NCBI GenBank assembly: GCA_021201665.1
Contig: JAJQEO010000003.1
Span: forward strand, 5,416 to 69,415
DNA length: 64,000 bases
Direction of reading: 5' to 3'
Source of the DNA: Lachnospiraceae bacterium
Lineage (GTDB): Bacteria > Bacillota > Clostridia > Lachnospirales > Lachnospiraceae
Under the pieces are notes generated by a model, which made no database searches, was not told the origin of the DNA, and saw only the letters and a list, made by a program, of their open reading frames with translations. Positions 59,261 to 64,000 of the stretch are shown in pieces. Within the stretch, counting starts at the first letter, position 1. Every line of letters begins with the position of its first letter. The position numbers were made by a program, and so were the translations under genes.

Positions 59261-60457
59261 ATGGCTAAGAAAAAAAGTGTCCCACAGTATGGGACAGTTA
59301 CACGGAAAGGAATCCAGTATTACCGGACGCGGATTACGGATGCAGACGGCAAAAGGGTGGACTTATATGCCGAAACCTGCGAGGAACTGTATCAGAAAGA
59401 GCAGGAGGCACGCAGTCAGGTGGCGGACGCTATTTTTCGCAGGGAGCATCCGACTGTTGCGGAATATTGCGAGAAGTGGCTGTTGATGCAGTCGGCAAAG
59501 GTTTCTGCAGCGACTCTAAAGGGCTACACCTCCCGCATGAATAATTACATAGTCAAGCCTCTGGGCGATATGTACCTGTCAGATGTGACAGCGGATGATA
59601 TTCGTTTGGCGCTGATACCGGTGTCGAAAATGTCTGCAAGTATATATAGCACGGTGAATATGCTGATGAAGTGTATCTTCTACTCGGCAGAACGCAGCCA
59701 GTTGATTGACTATAACCCAGCCGCAGGTATTTCCGCCAAGGGCGGCAAACCCGCGAAAGTTAAGGATGCTCTGACAGATGGGCAGGTGGAGATACTTTTG
59801 GATACGATCCGGGAGCTTCCCCCGTATGTTTTCACCATGATTGGCCTGTATGCTGGCCTGCGCCGGGAGGAGATTCTGGGACTGCAATGGGACTGCGTAT
59901 TTCTGGATGTTCCTACCCCGTATATCTCTGTGCGGCGTGCATGGCGCTCGGAGAAAAACAGGCCAGTGGTTTCCACGGTTCTAAAGACCCCGGCGGCAAA
60001 ACGGGATGTTCCGATCCCCAAGTGCTTGGTGAATTGCCTGCGGGAAGCGAAAGAATCGTCCATCTCCGATTATGTAATTGCTGACAGCAAGGGGGAGCCG
60101 TTATCCTATTCGCAGTTCCATCGAGTATGGCAGTATGTGGTGGTTCGTTCTACCAAGGAGAGAGTCTATTATAAATATGTAAACGGTCAGGGCATTCGCT
60201 GTCCTGTCAAGCCAACGCTGGGAGGTCATCAGAAGAACAATCCCAAGCTGGTGTATAGCATTGATTTTGAGGTGACGCCCCACCAGCTCCGGCACACTTA
60301 TATTACAAATCTGCTTTATGCCGGTGTTGACCCCAAGACGGTTCAATATCTTGCCGGACACGAAAACAGCAAGACAACGATGGACATTTACGCCAAGGTG
60401 AAGTATAATAAGCCTGAACAGCTTGTGGGTGTTGTAAACGCTGCATTCAGCCAGTAA
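59261..60457 (+). CDS. int: Tyrosine recombinase / ICE integrase
   Basis: GLRREEILGL, LKT, HQLRHTY, LAGH....TMDIY; adjacent to att. Confidence 0.96.
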   Translation: MAKKKSVPQYGTVTRKGIQYYRTRITDADGKRVDLYAETCEELYQKEQEARSQVADAIFRREHPTVAEYCEKWLLMQSAKVSAATLKGYTSRMNNYIVKPLGDMYLSDVTADDIRLALIPVSKMSASIYSTVNMLMKCIFYSAERSQLIDYNPAAGISAKGGKPAKVKDALTDGQVEILLDTIRELPPYVFTMIGLYAGLRREEILGLQWDCVFLDVPTPYISVRRAWRSEKNRPVVSTVLKTPAAKRDVPIPKCLVNCLREAKESSISDYVIADSKGEPLSYSQFHRVWQYVVVRSTKERVYYKYVNGQGIRCPVKPTLGGHQKNNPKLVYSIDFEVTPHQLRHTYITNLLYAGVDPKTVQYLAGHENSKTTMDIYAKVKYNKPEQLVGVVNAAFSQ

Positions 60458-60563
60458 CTTTGCTAAGATTTGCCCCCATTTCTTGATTAAATAGTGGGGC
60501 AACTTTGAAGCGGAGAGCCAAAAAGCCTTGAAAAATCAAGGGAAATTGAATTTGGGTTGTGAA

Positions 60564-60614
60564 AAGTACGGCCTCAAGGCGGCTCGTCGCGCGCCGCAGT
60601 TTTCAAAGCGTTAA
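60564..60614 (+). repeat. Right att site: displaced copy of the rpsI 3' end
   Basis: Encodes [16 protein letters not shown] with only synonymous differences from 18617-18667. Confidence 0.92.
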
Positions 60615-60620
60615 ATGTTC

Positions 60621-60658
60621 AAAAAACCCTGGAAAATCAAGGCTTCCGGGTTTTTTTT
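60621..60658 (+). terminator. Intrinsic terminator after the second rpsI end
   Basis: aaaaaaccctggaa...ttccgggtttttttt. Confidence 0.8.
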
Positions 60659-61095
60659 GTTTGATATAGTTTGACGTAGTTTGATACAATTTGATGTATT
60701 TTCTAGTGGTTAATTCAGGGGTTAAATTGAAAAAATGGTTAAAAAATGGGTTAAACAAAAACCAATCGAGACCCAATTTTGGGACTTGCAAGGACGGCCA
60801 TGTGAAAGCTTTTTTCCCATCAGACAGTTTGTCATAATCTGACAGAATTTGACCAAAAGGAAATGATTTTATTAGAGAGCGCTCAGTAGAAATATATTGC
60901 TGGGCGCTTTTTCTATTTGAAAAAAATAACAAGTGAATCATGGACCGGGTATGCCGGAATAACGAGATGTTCATAATTGAGCATCTTTTTTTGTGCGCAG
61001 AGATTGGTAAGAAATTTTGCGGCTAATGCAGCTTCAGGTCTCCGCTCATGCTTCGGTCGTATCCATTTCATGAAATTCAGGAAACGGAGGATTTT

Positions 61096-61347
61096 ATGAT
61101 TACTCATTTTATTGCTTTTTGTTTGGGCGGGTTTTTCGGAATTGCAACGTTGTGTATGTGCTTCGCAGCAAGTGAAGAGGATCGCAGAAGTGGAGAGCCT
61201 CGCCCTCGCCGGGTGGCATCCCATCCAGAGGATGGGATAAACCATGCAGAATCGTGCCAAAGGCACGATGGCTCGGCCTGCGTCCCACAGCAAAGCTGTG
61301 GGACAAGTAATGGATGTTATGACGAGAAAGGAGATGTAAAGGAATGA
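61096..61347 (+). CDS. DUF3789-like membrane-anchored small protein
   Basis: GGAGG RBS; FCLGGFFGIATLCMCFAA; ATGA overlap with parA. Confidence 0.6.
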   Translation: MITHFIAFCLGGFFGIATLCMCFAASEEDRRSGEPRPRRVASHPEDGINHAESCQRHDGSACVPQQSCGTSNGCYDEKGDVKE

Positions 61348-62165
61348 ACACGCAGATTATCTGCCTTGGGAACCAGAAAGGCGGAGTCGGAAAAACCCAG
61401 ACTTGTGTGAATCTTGGTGTTGATCTGGCACGGCAGGGTAAGAAGGTTCTGATTGTGGATCTCGATCCTCAGGCCAGCGCGACAATCAGCCTGGGTTTTC
61501 CACGTCCGGATCAGTTTCCGGTTACGGTATCAACGGTCTTAGGAAAAATTTTGACGGATCAGCCAATCGATCCGGGAGAGGGAATACTGCATCAGGCAGA
61601 AGGCGTTGATCTGATGCCAGCGGATATTCAGCTATCCGGTATGGAAGTATCTCTGGTGAATATGATCAGCCGAGAGACGGTATTACGCCAGTATCTGGAT
61701 ACAGTGAAAAGTCAGTATACGCATATTCTGATTGATTGTCAGCCATCGCTGGGAATGCTTACTGTCAATGCTCTGGCAGCAGCCACACGCATTATTGTGC
61801 CGGTTCAGGCTGAATATCTTCCAGCTAAAGGATTGGAACAGCTTTTACAAACAGTCGGTAAGGTCAGACGGCAGATTAACCCGACATTACAAATTGACGG
61901 GATTCTTCTGACTATGGTAGATAAACGGACCAACTTTGCGAGAGAAACGGCGTCACTGATCAGGGATACTTACGGAAGAAAAATCAATGTATTTAAAACG
62001 GAAATTCCGTTTTCCGTAAAAGCAAAAGAAGCAACTGCGGCAGGGATGAGTATCTATGCTTACGACCCAAAAGGAAAAGTGGCGGGAGCGTATATGGAAT
62101 TGACGAAAGAGGTGTTGAATCTTGAAAAGCAGCGCGAAAAACATAAAACTTGCGTCCGTCGATGA
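61344..62165 (+). CDS. parA: ParA/Soj-family ATPase
   Basis: NQKGGVGKT, DLDPQ, DCQPSLG. Confidence 0.95.
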   Translation: MNTQIICLGNQKGGVGKTQTCVNLGVDLARQGKKVLIVDLDPQASATISLGFPRPDQFPVTVSTVLGKILTDQPIDPGEGILHQAEGVDLMPADIQLSGMEVSLVNMISRETVLRQYLDTVKSQYTHILIDCQPSLGMLTVNALAAATRIIVPVQAEYLPAKGLEQLLQTVGKVRRQINPTLQIDGILLTMVDKRTNFARETASLIRDTYGRKINVFKTEIPFSVKAKEATAAGMSIYAYDPKGKVAGAYMELTKEVLNLEKQREKHKTCVRR

Positions 62166-63081
62166 TCTTTTTAAGACAGACGAAGGACGGGCGGATGATG
62201 AAAGGGAACGCGTGCAGGAGATTGCGATTTCTGAATTGCATCCCTTTAAAGATCATCCTTTTAAGGTTTTAGATGATGAAAAAATGATGGAGACAGTTGA
62301 GAGTGTACAGCAATACGGCGTTCTGGTTCCGATTATCGCAAGGCCGTCGCCGGAAGGAGGATATGAGATTGTTTCAGGCCATCGCCGGCATAGAGCTTGT
62401 GAATTGGCAGGAAAAGAGACAATGCCTGTGATTGTGCGTGATTTGGATGATGATGAAGCAGTTTTGCTAATGGTGGATAGCAATTTGCAAAGAGAAACAA
62501 TACTTCCAAGTGAAAGAGCCTTTGCTTTTAAGATGAAGTTGGAAGCCATGAATCATCAAGGACAGCGAGTTGATTTAACTTGTTCCCAAGTTGGGAACAA
62601 GTTACAAGGGAAAAAATCCAGTGATGTTTTGGCAGAAGAAGTTGGACAGAGTAAAAATCAGATTTTTCGATATATCCGTCTTACAGAACTGATTCCTCCA
62701 CTCTTGGATATGGTGGATGAAAAGAAGATTGCCTTTAACCCGGCATATGAGTTGTCATTTTTGAAACCCAAAGAACAGGAAATGCTGATTGAAACGATGG
62801 ATTATGAGCAGGCAACGCCGTCACTCTCCCAGGCACAGCGTTTGAAACAGTTTAGCCAGGATGGGCGTTTAACGGAAGATTCTATGCTTGCGATTATGTC
62901 CGAGGAAAAGAAGCCGGTTCAGGACCGGGTAATGTTCACCTCGGATGTCCTGAGAAAGTATTTTCCGAAGGATTACACGCCGAGAAAGATGGAGGAAACG
63001 ATTATCCAGCTTTTGGAACAGTGGAAACAAAGGCGGCAGATACAACAGGAACAGCAGCGGAAAAAACGTAATTCCCGGTGA
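62122..63081 (+). CDS. parB: ParB-family partition protein
   Basis: GYEIVSGHRR, MVDSNLQRE. Confidence 0.95.
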   Translation: MKSSAKNIKLASVDDLFKTDEGRADDERERVQEIAISELHPFKDHPFKVLDDEKMMETVESVQQYGVLVPIIARPSPEGGYEIVSGHRRHRACELAGKETMPVIVRDLDDDEAVLLMVDSNLQRETILPSERAFAFKMKLEAMNHQGQRVDLTCSQVGNKLQGKKSSDVLAEEVGQSKNQIFRYIRLTELIPPLLDMVDEKKIAFNPAYELSFLKPKEQEMLIETMDYEQATPSLSQAQRLKQFSQDGRLTEDSMLAIMSEEKKPVQDRVMFTSDVLRKYFPKDYTPRKMEETIIQLLEQWKQRRQIQQEQQRKKRNSR

Positions 63082-63233
63082 ATTATTTACACAACTATTT
63101 TCAAAGCTGCCGTGATGAATTTCTTTGAGCAGAAGCCGGATACCGTTTGCTTTCGACACTGGCTACAGCTTTATGAAACAGAAAACTATGAATATTCAGA
63201 GCAAACCACAGAAGAATGGAAGGAGATTTTGCT

Positions 63234-63671
63234 ATGCGCTATACAACTTACAATACCGCGAATGACAGGGAAAACAATGAAATTTTATTCAGGGATGCGG
63301 AGCATGAACAGTTCTGTCTGCAATCGTTGGAAAAATGCAGATGGTGTGATGTGTACCACGAAGCATTGGTGTACTGCCTGGGCATTGACCGGGATACGCG
63401 GGAACACATAGATCGTATCTATGATTTCAGGAGTGGAAACGTGAAACCGGAATGCCTTCATGAGGGGTGGCAGACAAGCGGCAGTATGCGAACGGTCCGG
63501 ATGGCTTTTAACCTCTATTGTAACGGGACACCGAGTGTGTACGGCATCAAGAACTCGAAAGATAAGCTGCGTGAGTGTGGTGAATATTCAGTGAGCGATT
63601 TGTTCAGCTGTGGCTATGCGAAATACTTTTGGGAAGCAGTGAAAATCCGCTATCCGGAATATTGTGGCTAA
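63234..63671 (+). CDS. DUF6075-like protein
   Basis: GWQTSGS...RMAFNLYCNG; AAGGAG RBS. Confidence 0.78.
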   Translation: MRYTTYNTANDRENNEILFRDAEHEQFCLQSLEKCRWCDVYHEALVYCLGIDRDTREHIDRIYDFRSGNVKPECLHEGWQTSGSMRTVRMAFNLYCNGTPSVYGIKNSKDKLRECGEYSVSDLFSCGYAKYFWEAVKIRYPEYCG

Positions 63672-63776
63672 GCGGAGGGAGAACGAATTGACTGGGTGCG
63701 GCCTGTATTTCAGATGCAGGCCGCGCTCACTCCAAAGATAACAAGACAAGACTCTTGAAAGAAATGGAGGTGTGAT

Positions 63777-64000
63777 ATGGAGAATAAATTCGAGTTTGAT
63801 TATTTCCATGAGTATGAATCGGAACAGTTCTCCTTTTACCGTATCCCAAAGCTGTTGTTTACGGATGAATATTTCAGGAAACTGTCCTGCGATGCGAAAG
63901 TGCTTTACGGGCTGATGCTGGACCGGATGTGCCTTTCTCTGAAAAACCACTGGGTGGACAGCGAAAGGCGTGTCTACATTATTTTCACGATTGAACAGGT
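63777..64000 (+). CDS. RepA_N replication initiator, 3'-partial
   Basis: Manual translation: FSFYRIPKLLF...LSCDAKVLYGLMLDR..LS.KN.WVD...RVYIIFT; GGAGG RBS. Confidence 0.88.
   Translation, partial: MENKFEFDYFHEYESEQFSFYRIPKLLFTDEYFRKLSCDAKVLYGLMLDRMCLSLKNHWVDSERRVYIIFTIEQ

Larger units (their letters stand above)
18617..60614 (+). mobile_element. Integrative conjugative element (~42 kb; tyrosine integrase, MOBP relaxase, VirB4/VirD4 T4SS) inserted in the rpsI 3' end
   Basis: Direct repeats of the rpsI 3' end at 18617-18667 and 60564-60614; integrase next to the right repeat; conjugation genes between. Confidence 0.95.
60564..64000 (+). mobile_element. Left end of a second ICE-like element in tandem (runs off the window)
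   Basis: att-flank architecture like the first element; parA-parB, DUF6075-like and RepA_N genes; visibly more AT-rich. Confidence 0.8.

Noticed and set aside
1-64000. tRNA or rRNA genes
   Set aside because: No cloverleaf or rRNA signature recognised; the integration target is rpsI

Overview
Chromosomal window from a Clostridia genome, Lachnospiraceae-like by gene content. 1-3022: 3' part of a SAM methyltransferase, an M48/YgjP-like metallopeptidase and a secreted polysaccharide deacetylase with 63-bp cell-wall-binding repeats. 3166-18667: S10-spc ribosomal protein cluster (rpsJ to secY, adk, map, KOW gene, infA) with unusually long structured spacers, followed directly by rplM-rpsI; the alpha operon is absent here. 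18617-60614: a complete ~42 kb tyrosine-integrase ICE inserted in the 3' end of rpsI and bounded by two synonymous copies of the last 17 rpsI codons. It carries parAB, a thioester/SpaA adhesin, small polyvalent-type genes, a 2914-aa ArdC-N/methyltransferase/SNF2 helicase, an AbiE-like toxin-antitoxin pair, oriT/MobC/MOBP relaxase, a T4SS, sortase B, a frameshifted VirB1-like hydrolase, LysR/MerR/flavin cargo and the integrase. 60564-64000: left end of a second, tandem element at the same att site (parAB, RepA_N). The two most striking signals are (i) a complete TnpV-like gene with its own promoter and RBS nested in the +1 frame inside the giant helicase gene, and (ii) a shared basic C-terminal ...ER/AR tail on 16 ICE proteins, a candidate T4SS co-transfer tag. 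Family assignments come from motif recognition by eye, not database searches.
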